A DNA stretch of 64,000 nucleotides from an uncultured Candidatus Saccharibacteria bacterium (lineage in GTDB: Bacteria; Patescibacteriota; Minisyncoccia; Phycocordibacterales; Phycocordibacteraceae): NCBI GenBank assembly GCA_964446735.1, contig CAYUQB010000001.1:444460-508459 (forward strand), given 5' to 3'. Every line of letters begins with the position of its first letter. The first letter of the stretch is position 1. The notes beneath the pieces are model-generated. The model saw only the letters and a list, made by a program, of their open reading frames with translations. It had not been told where the DNA came from and ran no database searches. Below are positions 28,384 through 37,113 of the stretch, piece after piece. Both the position numbers and the translations under genes were made by a program.

Positions 28384-28944
28384 ATGGCCTCCGAACTACT
28401 CAACCTCCTGCCTCCCGAACGCCTTCGCGCATGGAAACGTGACTATTTCGTGCGACTCGCGACTGTGTGCGTACTGGCACTGACCGTTGTCGTTGTCGGT
28501 AGTGGTGCACTTTTGGTGCCTGCGTACCTGTATCTCGGGGAGCAAACCGAAGCACGACAAGCGTACGTTAAAACTCTTGATAAAGAGCTGGCAGACGCTA
28601 AGGAGAAGGGGACCAGCCAGCGACTGACCGCACTTACCGAGGGTGCAACGTATCTTGCACGACTGGCTACCACGACCACAGCGACCGGAGCGTTCCGTGG
28701 CGTACTTGCGGCCCCGCGCACCGGGGTCACTTTGACTGGTTTCACCTACACGTCCCCCACACAAGGAACGAATGGGCGAATGGATCTGAAGGGGCAGGCA
28801 ACAACACGCGAAGCACTTCGAGCATATACAGAAGCGCTCTCTGCACTGCCGTTCGTATCCAATGTTGAACTTCCGATAAGTGCCTATGCAAAGGAGCGTG
28901 ATATTCCATTTACGATCACGCTCACCGGTACCTTACGGCCATGA
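28384..28944 (+). CDS. pilN: Type IV pilus assembly protein PilN-like (bitopic membrane protein)
   Basis: Single N-terminal TM helix then a periplasmic domain. Position downstream of pilM. Confidence 0.55.
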   Translation: MASELLNLLPPERLRAWKRDYFVRLATVCVLALTVVVVGSGALLVPAYLYLGEQTEARQAYVKTLDKELADAKEKGTSQRLTALTEGATYLARLATTTTATGAFRGVLAAPRTGVTLTGFTYTSPTQGTNGRMDLKGQATTREALRAYTEALSALPFVSNVELPISAYAKERDIPFTITLTGTLRP

Positions 28945-29477
28945 ACTTGAAACCCTTCATTCCGCTCGTTATTGCGACCGCTATTCTTGCGGTTGCTGCA
29001 GGTATCTATGGGTTTGGGTACTACCGGCTCAGTAAGGGGGAAGCCAAAGTAATAGAGCTTGCAAAACAAATTGATACCAAGAGCCTCGAAATGGAACGTA
29101 TTGCTAAAGCGCAGGCAACCCTCACAACCCTGACGGCAGACGAAGAAGCACTTCGTGCCTATACCGTCGACACAAATGACATCGTGGCATTTCTCGAACG
29201 CCTCCAGTCTGCTGGTGCTCCGTTCGGTGCCACTGTAGAAGTCGTTTCTGTAACCCAGGATCGTGCTGCTCTACATAACCGCGTTACGACGGCACTCTCC
29301 ATTAGCGGCTCGTTCGATGCGGTGCTGCGAACCTTGGGTACCATTGAATATGCCCCATATGATGGCGTGCTTACATCGGTAAACTTCGATACCCCCGCGG
29401 ATGCGAAGGGGCGCACCTGGACTGCTAACGTTATTTATTCGGTCGGGCTTGCAGCGCCCACGTCCAAAAAACCATGA
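28941..29477 (+). CDS. pilO: Type IV pilus assembly protein PilO-like
   Basis: Single TM helix, a coiled-coil region (EMERIAKAQATLTTLTADEEALRAY), then a C-terminal domain. Position after pilN. Confidence 0.5.
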   Translation: MNLKPFIPLVIATAILAVAAGIYGFGYYRLSKGEAKVIELAKQIDTKSLEMERIAKAQATLTTLTADEEALRAYTVDTNDIVAFLERLQSAGAPFGATVEVVSVTQDRAALHNRVTTALSISGSFDAVLRTLGTIEYAPYDGVLTSVNFDTPADAKGRTWTANVIYSVGLAAPTSKKP

Positions 29478-29779
29478 ATCGCATTCTTTCCCATCTTATA
29501 AAGCTCATACGCGTCTTCCGCTATGGCGACAGCATTCGTCCACAGCGTGATTGGCTTGTCGTCATGCTCATCGCAGGTGTTCTGCTCATAGGAAGTGCGA
29601 GTTGGAGTTATTACCTCTTCGGTCGCATCAGCGGGGGAGATCTCCTCGGAGGACATTCACAAACCGTTGCGCCAGTGGATACAGCGTCACTTGAAACGGT
29701 CCGAGCGGTATTCGAAGCACGGGCGGCAGAGCGCGAACGATATCGTTCTGAGTATCGGTTCGTTGACCCGTCGAAGTAG
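29474..29779 (+). CDS. Hypothetical small membrane protein (last gene of the pilMNO unit)
   Basis: One TM helix; start overlaps the pilO stop. Confidence 0.3.
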   Translation: MNRILSHLIKLIRVFRYGDSIRPQRDWLVVMLIAGVLLIGSASWSYYLFGRISGGDLLGGHSQTVAPVDTASLETVRAVFEARAAERERYRSEYRFVDPSK

Positions 29780-29797
29780 CGGCGCTAGGGTAAAGGA

Positions 29798-29869
29798 GCC
29801 CCCATAGCTTAATGGATAAAGCTGCGGACTTCTAAGCCGTCGATGTTGGTTCGATTCCAGCTGGGGGCA
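29798..29869 (+). tRNA. tRNA-Arg (anticodon TCT)
   Basis: GCCCCCA-TA-GCTTAATGGATAAAGC-T-GCGGA-CTTCTAA-GCCGT-...-GTTGGTTCGATTCCAGC-TGGGGGC-A. Confidence 0.8.
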
Positions 29870-29893
29870 CAAGATGATACGCTCCAACAGAAT

Positions 29894-29975
29894 GGGCATG
29901 TGGCGGAATTGGTATACGCGTACGCCTCAGAAGCGTATGGAGCAATCCTTGGAGGTTCGAGTCCTCTCATGCCCA
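29894..29975 (+). tRNA. tRNA-Leu (anticodon CAG), class II
   Basis: GGGCATG-TG-GCGGAATTGGTATACGC-G-TACGC-CTCAGAA-GCGTA-TGGAGCAATCCTT-GGAGGTTCGAGTCCTCT-CATGCCC-A. Confidence 0.8.
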
Positions 29976-29979
29976 CTAG

Positions 29980-30564
29980 TTACGACAAGCGTGACTTGAT
30001 CGTCGCGTTGATCTCACGCAAGCTTTTTTCGTCCTTGAAATCAATGGAACTGCGATCAATATTCAGCACATGAGGATGTGAGGAGAGAAGTGAGCAGTAG
30101 CTTTCCTGGACTGCAAGTGAACGCACCAGCGCCTCCTCATGCTGTTCAGTACTTCGCCCTCGTGTACGGATTGCGTCGCGCAACCATTCGCGTGAGGCAA
30201 CCAGCAAGACTATGAGATCGGAGTCGAGTCCTTGGAGTTTTTGTATTACTTCGCGAAGCAGTACGTGATGCTGTTCTGCCTCAGTCTGCATAATTGCTTC
30301 CGGGCTGAGTGCAGCGCCGTCAACGTATACATCAAGTCCGCTTTCAGAAATGACACGAGCTCGGGAAAGCTGGTTGGAATATCGGTCTACAAAATATTCG
30401 TAGCGTTGCACCGGATCATTGGAGAATACATTCGTGAATATTTCTTCTGGAATGACACCTTCCTCACCTTCAAGAAAGGCAGGCATGCCATTGAGCGCTG
30501 CCAACTGAGCAACAAGAAACGATTTGCCTACTCCCGACGTACCAACGATGGAGATAACGGCCAT
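29980..30564 (-). CDS. Deoxynucleoside kinase family P-loop kinase
   Basis: ISIVGTSGVGKSF P-loop; ...DRYS...; LIVLLVASREWLRDAIRTRGRSTEQ (compare dNK D-I-Y-L...RIxxRGRxxE). The longer ORF's N-terminus is a tRNA read-through artefact. Confidence 0.55.
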   Translation of the reverse strand: MAVISIVGTSGVGKSFLVAQLAALNGMPAFLEGEEGVIPEEIFTNVFSNDPVQRYEYFVDRYSNQLSRARVISESGLDVYVDGAALSPEAIMQTEAEQHHVLLREVIQKLQGLDSDLIVLLVASREWLRDAIRTRGRSTEQHEEALVRSLAVQESYCSLLSSHPHVLNIDRSSIDFKDEKSLREINATIKSRLS

Positions 30565-30566
30565 GT

Positions 30567-30638
30567 GCGCGCTGTAGGACTCGAACCTACGACCATCCCG
30601 GTGTAAACGGGGCGCTCTACCAACTGAGCTAAGCGCGC
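30567..30638 (-). tRNA. tRNA-Val (anticodon TAC)
   Basis: Reverse complement GCGCGCT-TA-GCTCAGTTGGTAGAGC-G-CCCCG-TTTACAC-CGGGA-TGGTC-GTAGGTTCGAGTCCTAC-AGCGCGC-A. Confidence 0.8.
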
Positions 30639-30677
30639 GTGTTTGAACCATAGCGCACCTGGGGTATTTTTTGAAGG

Positions 30678-30953
30678 ATGGAGCGACTCTATGTCATTGT
30701 CGGAGGACGGGTGCAAATGGTGATGTATCGGGACTTTACGCAGCGCAAGGCAAGCGCTCTGGGACTCACCGGCTTCGTTCGCAATCTTCGAGACGGTACG
30801 GTGGAGGTGCTCGCTGAAGGGTCGCGCGAAAGACTTGAGCGCTTACTTTCGAAACTTGAACGAGGACCCCTCCTGGCCCACGTAGAACAACTAAACGTGT
30901 CGTGGCTTCCAGCGACCGGTGAATTCACGAAGTTCCGTATCGCATACGAGTAG
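30678..30953 (+). CDS. acyP: Acylphosphatase
   Basis: VIVGGRVQMVMYRDFTQRKASALGLTGFVRNLRDGTVEV is the acylphosphatase signature. Confidence 0.8.
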   Translation: MERLYVIVGGRVQMVMYRDFTQRKASALGLTGFVRNLRDGTVEVLAEGSRERLERLLSKLERGPLLAHVEQLNVSWLPATGEFTKFRIAYE

Positions 30954-30968
30954 TGCTAGGGTAAGGGC

Positions 30969-31709
30969 ATGAACCTACCCATTCTCTATGAGGATGCCGA
31001 CGTTGTTGCGGTCGATAAGCCCGCGGGCGTGATGACACACCCGGATGGACGATCACCCGAAGAAACCGCAAGCGACTGGTTTCGTAATCGCTACCCGCAG
31101 AGTGCATCGGTAGGGGAAGTACAGCGACTACAAGACGGAACCGAACTGCCTCGTCCTGGCGTCGTACATCGACTCGATCGCGAAACATCGGGAGTACTCA
31201 TCTTTGCAAAGACTCAAGAAGCACACGCTGCACTCAAGCATGCGTTCCAGTCGCACGATGCCAAGAAAACCTATCTGGCGTTCGTGTATGGTGTACCGAA
31301 AGAACGTCGCGGAGTGATTGATTTTCCCATTGGACGCTCGAATAAGGATTTCCGACTCCGAAGCGCTCAACCGAAAGCGCGCGGTACGTTGCGTGAAGCC
31401 GTCACCCGCTGGGAAACCATTTCTGACATTGGCACACACGCACTCTTGAGGGTCATGCCGGAAACTGGTCGTACCCACCAGATCCGCGTGCATCTGAAAG
31501 CCATTCATCACCCAGTGGTCTGCGACCCGCTCTATGCTCCAAACAAGAGCTGCGATCTTGGATTTGATCGCGTGGGACTCCATGCATATGAGCTCGCTAT
31601 CTTGCTTCCATCAGGAGACAGGAAAACTATTCGGGCATATCCACCGCCTAATCTTGCCGCTGCTATGGAGCGATTCCCGGAAACCAAGGAATTTCTTGCC
31701 CCGATGTAG
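30969..31709 (+). CDS. RluA-family RNA pseudouridine synthase
   Basis: ADVVAVDKPAGVMTHP...HRLDRETSGVLIFAKT (catalytic Asp motif). Confidence 0.8.
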   Translation: MNLPILYEDADVVAVDKPAGVMTHPDGRSPEETASDWFRNRYPQSASVGEVQRLQDGTELPRPGVVHRLDRETSGVLIFAKTQEAHAALKHAFQSHDAKKTYLAFVYGVPKERRGVIDFPIGRSNKDFRLRSAQPKARGTLREAVTRWETISDIGTHALLRVMPETGRTHQIRVHLKAIHHPVVCDPLYAPNKSCDLGFDRVGLHAYELAILLPSGDRKTIRAYPPPNLAAAMERFPETKEFLAPM

Positions 31710-31733
31710 GGCTCGTGCTACAGTCCCTGCACT

Positions 31734-32246
31734 ATGCAGGCAGTTATTACTCCCGTTAAGACCGAGGAGCGCGCGAAGCTCGGCATTCGTCCGGGTGACA
31801 CCGTCCGTGTGCACCAGAAGGTCATCGAGAAAGGAAAGACTCGTATTCAGGTATACGAGGGTCTGGTGATCGCGGTAAAGCACGGCACAGAGGCGGGCGG
31901 TACCTTTACGGTACGCGCTACCATGTCCGGCATTGGCGTTGAGAAGATTTTCCCGCTCTACTCTCCGGTCATCGACAAGATCGAGATCGTTCGCCGCTCC
32001 AAGGTACGTCGCGCAAAACTGTACTTCATCCGCGAGAAGGTTGCCCGCGAAGTGCGTCGCCAGCTCCGTAATATGCGCATGATGAATATCTCCACTGACG
32101 ACTTTAAGGAAGAAGAGAAAGTCGAAGAGCCGTCCCAAGGTGTAGACGAGGCTCCGATTGAGGTGGGGGAGCCAGAGACTCCGGAAGAGGTAGTCGCGGC
32201 AGAAGAAGCCGAGACCATCGAGGAAAAGAAAGAGGAGGCGGCATAG
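31734..32246 (+). CDS. rplS: 50S ribosomal protein L19 with an acidic C-terminal extension
   Basis: [34 protein letters not shown]...[11 protein letters not shown], then a Glu-rich tail of about 50 aa. Confidence 0.85.
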   Translation: MQAVITPVKTEERAKLGIRPGDTVRVHQKVIEKGKTRIQVYEGLVIAVKHGTEAGGTFTVRATMSGIGVEKIFPLYSPVIDKIEIVRRSKVRRAKLYFIREKVAREVRRQLRNMRMMNISTDDFKEEEKVEEPSQGVDEAPIEVGEPETPEEVVAAEEAETIEEKKEEAA

Positions 32247-32299
32247 GCCGCCGTTCTCTTTATTTGTTTGGACGCGTGCGCTATAGTGCCGGAACACCT

Positions 32300-32381
32300 G
32301 CCCAGGTGGCGGAATTGGTATACGCGTATGCTTGAGGTGCATATGCCGCAAGGCTTGGAGGTTCGAGTCCTCTCCTGGGCA
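32300..32381 (+). tRNA. tRNA-Leu (anticodon GAG), class II
   Basis: GCCCAGG-TG-GCGGAATTGGTATACGC-G-TATGC-TTGAGGT-GCATA-TGCCGCAAGGCTT-GGAGGTTCGAGTCCTCT-CCTGGGC-A. Confidence 0.8.
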
Positions 32382-32414
32382 CACTGATTGCGAATCCATC
32401 GCGATTCAGTTCAT

Positions 32415-32488
32415 GGCGGCGTTAGCTCAGTTGGTAGAGCTCTTGGTTGTGGTCCAAGTGGTCGTGGGTTCGAGCCCCACACGTCGCC
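32415..32488 (+). tRNA. tRNA-His (anticodon GTG) with genome-encoded G-1 opposite C73
   Basis: G-GCGGCGT-TA-GCTCAGTTGGTAGAGC-T-CTTGG-TTGTGGT-CCAAG-TGGTC-GTGGGTTCGAGCCCCAC-ACGTCGC-C. Confidence 0.85.
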
Positions 32489-32504
32489 CCGGTATACTGC
32501 ATAC

Positions 32505-32909
32505 ATGAAAGAATTCTTCTCGGAATTTAAGAAGTTTGCATTGCGAGGGAACGCAATTGACCTGGCGGTTGGTGTTGTCATCGGTGCCGCATTTAATACC
32601 GTGACGAATTCATTGGTCAGTAACGTGCTTACCCCGCCACTCTCACTGCTTACGAAAGGCATCAACTTCGAAGATCTCGCATTCGCTATTCCCAATACCG
32701 GTGCACATATTCAGTACGGCCTCTTTATCCAAGCGGTCATTAGTTTCCTCATCACCGCGTTCGCACTTTTCCTTCTCGTGAAGGCGATGAACCAGATGGC
32801 CGCCGCCGCTCGTAAGGAACAGGTAGAGGGGAAGGCTCCCCAGGAACAGAAATCGGCCGAGCTCATAGTTTTGGAAGACATCCGAGACCAGCTAAAGAAC
32901 CGATCCTAA
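32505..32909 (+). CDS. mscL: Large-conductance mechanosensitive channel MscL
   Basis: MKEFFSEFKKFALRGNAIDLAVGVVIGAAF... The longer ORF's N-terminus is a read-through of tRNA-His. Confidence 0.85.
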   Translation: MKEFFSEFKKFALRGNAIDLAVGVVIGAAFNTVTNSLVSNVLTPPLSLLTKGINFEDLAFAIPNTGAHIQYGLFIQAVISFLITAFALFLLVKAMNQMAAAARKEQVEGKAPQEQKSAELIVLEDIRDQLKNRS

Positions 32910-32973
32910 GACTCATTTCCCGACAGAAGTGCGTCACTCATCCGTCAGGAGGGGTGTGCTACCATCCCGTCAT

Positions 32974-33630
32974 ATGAAGCAACTCATCGCAGGCGTTGTC
33001 ATACTGCTCGTCATTGGTATTGGCGGGTTCCTGTATAGGAATGCACTCGAGCGTCCACCGGTAGCTACAAACCCCGAGCCAGTTGCCTGTACGGCTGATG
33101 CACGTGTGTGTCCTGACGGAGCCTCCGTTGGCAGGACCGGACCGAACTGCACGTTCGCAGCATGCCCACCACCAAACGTTGAACTTGGAAGCATTCAGGT
33201 CTCGTTTGCCGTACCGCCAGGCTATACCGAAAATCGTGATGCGCTTGGGGCAGGTCAGGCACTGGTGGCGTATCAAAAACCAGGCATGGGGGGGAGTCGT
33301 CACATAATCGCTATTCGTGCATTCCCCATATCGGGAAGTGCCACGAGTACGATTCTCGCGAACACCATGCTTTCGCCATCCGGACTTCAGCCGAAGTCCA
33401 TGAGCGAGTTCAAGCCCAAGATCATTCAAGGAAGAACCTTTTCCTGCATCACGCTCGAGCGTTTTGAGGGACAGGTGCATACCGCGTGCTATCTCGTGCG
33501 TGCATCCGATGTGCTGCGATTTGAGGTGCTTGAAATGGACGTGGATTGGATGAACCCTGCACTCGTCATTGACCAGCTGCCAGAACATCGAGTGTTCTAT
33601 GGCATGCTTGCGACAATGCAAACACCGTAG
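32974..33630 (+). CDS. Hypothetical membrane-anchored extracytoplasmic protein
   Basis: TM helix (MKQLIAGVVILLVIGIGGFLY) then a soluble domain of about 190 aa with Cys pairs. No known motif recognised. Confidence 0.35.
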   Translation: MKQLIAGVVILLVIGIGGFLYRNALERPPVATNPEPVACTADARVCPDGASVGRTGPNCTFAACPPPNVELGSIQVSFAVPPGYTENRDALGAGQALVAYQKPGMGGSRHIIAIRAFPISGSATSTILANTMLSPSGLQPKSMSEFKPKIIQGRTFSCITLERFEGQVHTACYLVRASDVLRFEVLEMDVDWMNPALVIDQLPEHRVFYGMLATMQTP

Positions 33631-33669
33631 CAGGTATACTTATTACATATTCTAACCGACAGTATTTAT

Positions 33670-34470
33670 ATGGACCTTAATCCTTCGCCGACGCTTCTCT
33701 CTGCAAGCCGCCCTGTGCGCTACGCTGCGGTCGCTGCGCTGGCTTTATTGGCTCTGTTTCTCTTCGCTAAAACCATCGCGGTATTTGAGGACCTTGGACG
33801 CACTCAGATTGGGAGCGTCGCAAGCATTACCGTGAGTGGTACCGGCAAAGCCTCTGCCGTTCCGAACATTGCGCACATTAGCTTCACGGTGCAGGAGAAT
33901 GCATCTACCGTTGCCGCTGCACAAGATTCGGCTACGAAGCGGACTGAGAACGCGCTTGCGGCCCTAAAAAAGCTGGGTGTTGAAGATAAAGACATCAAGA
34001 CTTCCGGCTACCAGGTAATGCCGCAGTATGAAAATGCGGCATGTCGTGGCGGGTACTGCCCACCGGACACCTCCAAGATCACTGGCTATCAAGTCATGCA
34101 GTCTATCGAAGTAAAGGTGCGTGACACTGCTAAGGCAGGTGACGTACTCGCTGCACTTGGCGGAGCTGGCGTCCAGAATGTTTCCGGCCCGAACTTCATG
34201 GTTGACGATGACGCGGTGGTGCAGGCTGAGGCGCGCGGAGAAGCAATCGAAGATGCACGTAAAAAGGCTGAGGTACTTGCCAAGCAGTTGGGTGTCCGTC
34301 TTGGGAAGGTCGTGAGCTTCTCTGAAAGCGGTGGCCCGATGCCGTACTTCGCATACGGGAAGGGAGGAGTAGCGATGGACTCTGCCGTGACGGCACCCGC
34401 CGCTCCACCGCTCCCTACGGGGCAAAACGAGACGACGGTAACCGTCATGATCCAGTACGAAATAAAGTAG
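33670..34470 (+). CDS. SIMPL-domain (DUF541, YggE-like) protein with N-terminal TM anchor
   Basis: ...ITVSGTGKASAVPNIAHISFTV...GYQVMQSIEVKVRD... is the SIMPL pattern. Confidence 0.6.
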   Translation: MDLNPSPTLLSASRPVRYAAVAALALLALFLFAKTIAVFEDLGRTQIGSVASITVSGTGKASAVPNIAHISFTVQENASTVAAAQDSATKRTENALAALKKLGVEDKDIKTSGYQVMPQYENAACRGGYCPPDTSKITGYQVMQSIEVKVRDTAKAGDVLAALGGAGVQNVSGPNFMVDDDAVVQAEARGEAIEDARKKAEVLAKQLGVRLGKVVSFSESGGPMPYFAYGKGGVAMDSAVTAPAAPPLPTGQNETTVTVMIQYEIK

Positions 34471-34545
34471 GGATCATATCCGAAACCACCACACGCTCCA
34501 TACGGGGCGTGTTTTGGTTTGACAGAGAAATAAGGGCGTACTATC

Positions 34546-34782
34546 ATGCGTTTATCCAAGGCCTGCGGGCCTTTTTTATTAGCGCTTACCTTGGCACTCA
34601 TGAAGGCATTTGCGACCTATCTTAAGAACGTCCGCGCCGAAATGGCACACGTGGTATGGCCCGACCGCAAACAGGCGGTTCTCCACACGGTGCTCATCAT
34701 TCTTATTTCCGCGTTGCTTGCGATAGTGATTGCCGTGCTCGACTACGCATTCACGGGAGTTGTTTCTCGCATCATCGGCTAA
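34546..34782 (+). CDS. secE: Preprotein translocase subunit SecE
   Basis: Sequence similarity (KNVRAEMAHVVWPDRKQAVLHTVLIILISALLAIVIAVLDY, single TM) and canonical position before nusG. Confidence 0.75.
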   Translation: MRLSKACGPFLLALTLALMKAFATYLKNVRAEMAHVVWPDRKQAVLHTVLIILISALLAIVIAVLDYAFTGVVSRIIG

Positions 34783-34792
34783 TCCTTTGCAT

Positions 34793-35362
34793 ATGGAAAT
34801 AAAATCCGTACCCCAATTCAACGAAGAGGCTGCCAATGCGGAACCACGTTGGTACAGCATCCATACCTACGCTGGATACGAGAACGCGGTCGAACGCAAT
34901 CTCAAGCAGCGTATTGAGTCACTCGGTATGGAGCACAAGATTTTTGAGGTAGTCGTTCCAACCGAAAAGAAGATTCGGGTGAAAGCCGGTAAGCGTATTG
35001 TCGAGGAAGAGAAGATCTATCCGGGGTATATTCTCGTGCGCATGATTGTGGACGAGGACTCCTGGTTTGTCGTACGCAATACACCGCGTGTCACTGGGTT
35101 TGTCGGAAGCGGCACCACCCCGGTTCCTATGGAAGAGAGCGAAGTCACTACGTTGATGAAACGTATGGGCGCCGAGGCCCCCAAACACCGTATTGACCTT
35201 ATGAAAGATGATCCGGTCGTTATTGCCGACGGACCCTTCAAGGACCTTGAAGGAAAGGTGGGCGAGATTGATGAGGAACGCGGCAAGGTGAAGGTGCTCG
35301 TCTCCATGTTTGGCCGCGAGACGCCGGTCGAGCTCGATTTCTTGCAGGTTCGCAAGCTCTAA
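34793..35362 (+). CDS. nusG: Transcription termination/antitermination factor NusG
   Basis: WYSIHTYAGYENAVERNL (NGN domain) plus C-terminal KOW (GPFKDLEGKVGEIDEERGKVKVLVSMFGRETPVELDF). Confidence 0.85.
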   Translation: MEIKSVPQFNEEAANAEPRWYSIHTYAGYENAVERNLKQRIESLGMEHKIFEVVVPTEKKIRVKAGKRIVEEEKIYPGYILVRMIVDEDSWFVVRNTPRVTGFVGSGTTPVPMEESEVTTLMKRMGAEAPKHRIDLMKDDPVVIADGPFKDLEGKVGEIDEERGKVKVLVSMFGRETPVELDFLQVRKL

Positions 35363-35384
35363 GGTAGGTTAAAGCAACCACGAT

Positions 35385-35807
35385 ATGGCAAAAGCAGTAA
35401 AGAAAATTAAGCTCCAGATTCCGGCGGGTAAAGCGACGCCGGCTCCTCCGGTGGGTACCGTCCTCGGTCCTGCGGGTGTGAACATTGGTGATTTCGTCAA
35501 TAAGTTCAATGAAGCAACCCGTGAACGCATGGGAGAGATCGTGCCGGTTGAGATGACGGTCTATGACGACCGCACCTTCTCGCTCGTCTACAAAGTGTCG
35601 CCCATGTCCCAGCTCATCTTGAAGGCTATTGGAGCAGATAAGGGTTCGGGCAAGACACCGTTTTCTAAAGTAGGAACACTCACGCGTGCGAAGGTTCGTG
35701 AAGTAGCCGAAAAGAAGATGCCTGATCTCTCAGCATCGTCAATCGAGGCTGCAGAGCGTACGGTTGAAGGTACGGCACGTTCCATGGGCGTTACCATCGA
35801 GAAATAA
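35385..35807 (+). CDS. rplK: 50S ribosomal protein L11
   Basis: [45 protein letters not shown]... Confidence 0.9.
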   Translation: MAKAVKKIKLQIPAGKATPAPPVGTVLGPAGVNIGDFVNKFNEATRERMGEIVPVEMTVYDDRTFSLVYKVSPMSQLILKAIGADKGSGKTPFSKVGTLTRAKVREVAEKKMPDLSASSIEAAERTVEGTARSMGVTIEK

Positions 35808-35816
35808 CCCATTACG

Positions 35817-35855
35817 AAAGAGGCCCTGGCTTCCCGCCAGGGCCTCTTTCGTTTA
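35817..35855 (+). terminator. Strong rho-independent terminator directly after rplK (aaagaggccctggc-ttcc-cgccagggcctcttt plus cgttt)
   Basis: 12-13 bp GC-rich perfect stem plus T-tract, seen in the sequence. Confidence 0.6.
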
Positions 35856-35865
35856 CTGTGAGCGC

Positions 35866-36609
35866 ATGGAGATAGAGAGCTTCAAAGTAGAAACCTTGCT
35901 TCCACCCAAGGATGATCTGCTCGCAAAAATACGAGCCTCTGCCCTCACTCTCAACGAGCATGATGTCGTTGCGATTTCCTCAAAGGTGGTGGCGATTGGA
36001 GAAGGAAGTGTTATTCCCATGGAAGGGGTGGTGCAGGACGAGTTGATTGCACAAGAATCAGATCAGTATTTAGAGCGTCGTGAGACACCGGGAGGGTTTG
36101 TCATGCACACGCTCAAGAATGGCACACTCATTCCAAATGCCGGTATTGATCCCTTCGCGGGGCATTATGTTCTGTGGCCAAGAGATCCGCAGAATAGTGC
36201 GGATGAACTGCTTGCTTGGTTCAAGACGGAGTATGGGATTGAACACTTATATCTGGTCATCACTGACTCACGGAGTGTGGTACTGCGTCGTGGCGTAGTT
36301 GGTATCGCAATCGCATGGGCAGGATTCGAACCAATCTACGACAACCGAATGCGTACCGATCTTCTCGGTAATCCAAGTAATGGGAGTCAGACCAATATTC
36401 CAGACGCCCTTGCCGCTGCGGCCGTGTACGTCATGGGCGAGGCCAATGAAGGCACGCCGCTCGTACGCATTCGTAATGCGCCGTACGTACAAAAGACACA
36501 GACCGGGCGCAAGAAAGAATTTAATACCTACACGTTCAGTATTGAGGAAGATATCTTTGCACCATTCCTTTCACGTGCACCGTGGAAGCAGGGTGCTACG
36601 GGCGGGTAA
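35866..36609 (+). CDS. CofE-family gamma-glutamyl ligase-like protein (F420-0:gamma-glutamyl ligase / FolC2-like), copy 1
   Basis: ...TLKNGTLIPNAGIDPF... (the NAGID motif of CofE-like proteins) and the overall CofE fold pattern. Converges on folA. Confidence 0.55.
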   Translation: MEIESFKVETLLPPKDDLLAKIRASALTLNEHDVVAISSKVVAIGEGSVIPMEGVVQDELIAQESDQYLERRETPGGFVMHTLKNGTLIPNAGIDPFAGHYVLWPRDPQNSADELLAWFKTEYGIEHLYLVITDSRSVVLRRGVVGIAIAWAGFEPIYDNRMRTDLLGNPSNGSQTNIPDALAAAAVYVMGEANEGTPLVRIRNAPYVQKTQTGRKKEFNTYTFSIEEDIFAPFLSRAPWKQGATGG

Positions 36610-37099
36610 GGGTAATCCAGCGATACGAAAGTTCCTCAAACGAACGGGTCTCGTCTGAAAGTACTTTGGTAAATTCCTGCTCGTATTCCGGGAAGAAAGC
36701 ATCCCCTTCTTTTTGGTCAGCAATGAGTGTCAGATAGAGCCGGTCAGTATAGGGAAGGGCAGCTTCGTATATTTGCGCGCCACCACCGATGAATATTTCG
36801 TCCGATCCCAGTGCCTGGGCCTGCTCGAGTGCCGCTTCAATCGACGTGGTCGCGATCATGCCTTCATAGGACCAGGTAGGATCGCGCGTCACCACGATAT
36901 TTGTGCGGTTTGGAAGTGGTGCGCCACGAATGGAAAGTATAGAGTCGAAGGTTTTCCTTCCAAAAATGAGTGGATGGTGCTCAGTGAGTTCTCGGAACCG
37001 TCTGAGGTCGTCTGGAATACGCCACAGAAGGTCATTTTCTTTTCCGAGCGCACGGTTCGTACCGATTGCAGCGATTGCAGATACCGGAACATGCTTCAT
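36596..37099 (-). CDS. folA: Dihydrofolate reductase
   Basis: VSAIAAIGTNRALGKENDLLWRIPDDLRRFRELT...IFGRKTF..IPGRTNIVVTR is the DHFR signature. Confidence 0.85.
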   Translation of the reverse strand: MKHVPVSAIAAIGTNRALGKENDLLWRIPDDLRRFRELTEHHPLIFGRKTFDSILSIRGAPLPNRTNIVVTRDPTWSYEGMIATTSIEAALEQAQALGSDEIFIGGGAQIYEAALPYTDRLYLTLIADQKEGDAFFPEYEQEFTKVLSDETRSFEELSYRWITLTRP

Positions 37100-37113
37100 G
37101 CCGTAAGCCTACC

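Noticed and set aside
29980-30651. N-terminal extensions of ORFs reading through tRNA genes (also at 32388 and 30528..30716)
   Set aside because: Peptides like VGRAPRLHRDGRRFESY are translated tRNA sequence. True starts are downstream at 30564 and 32505.
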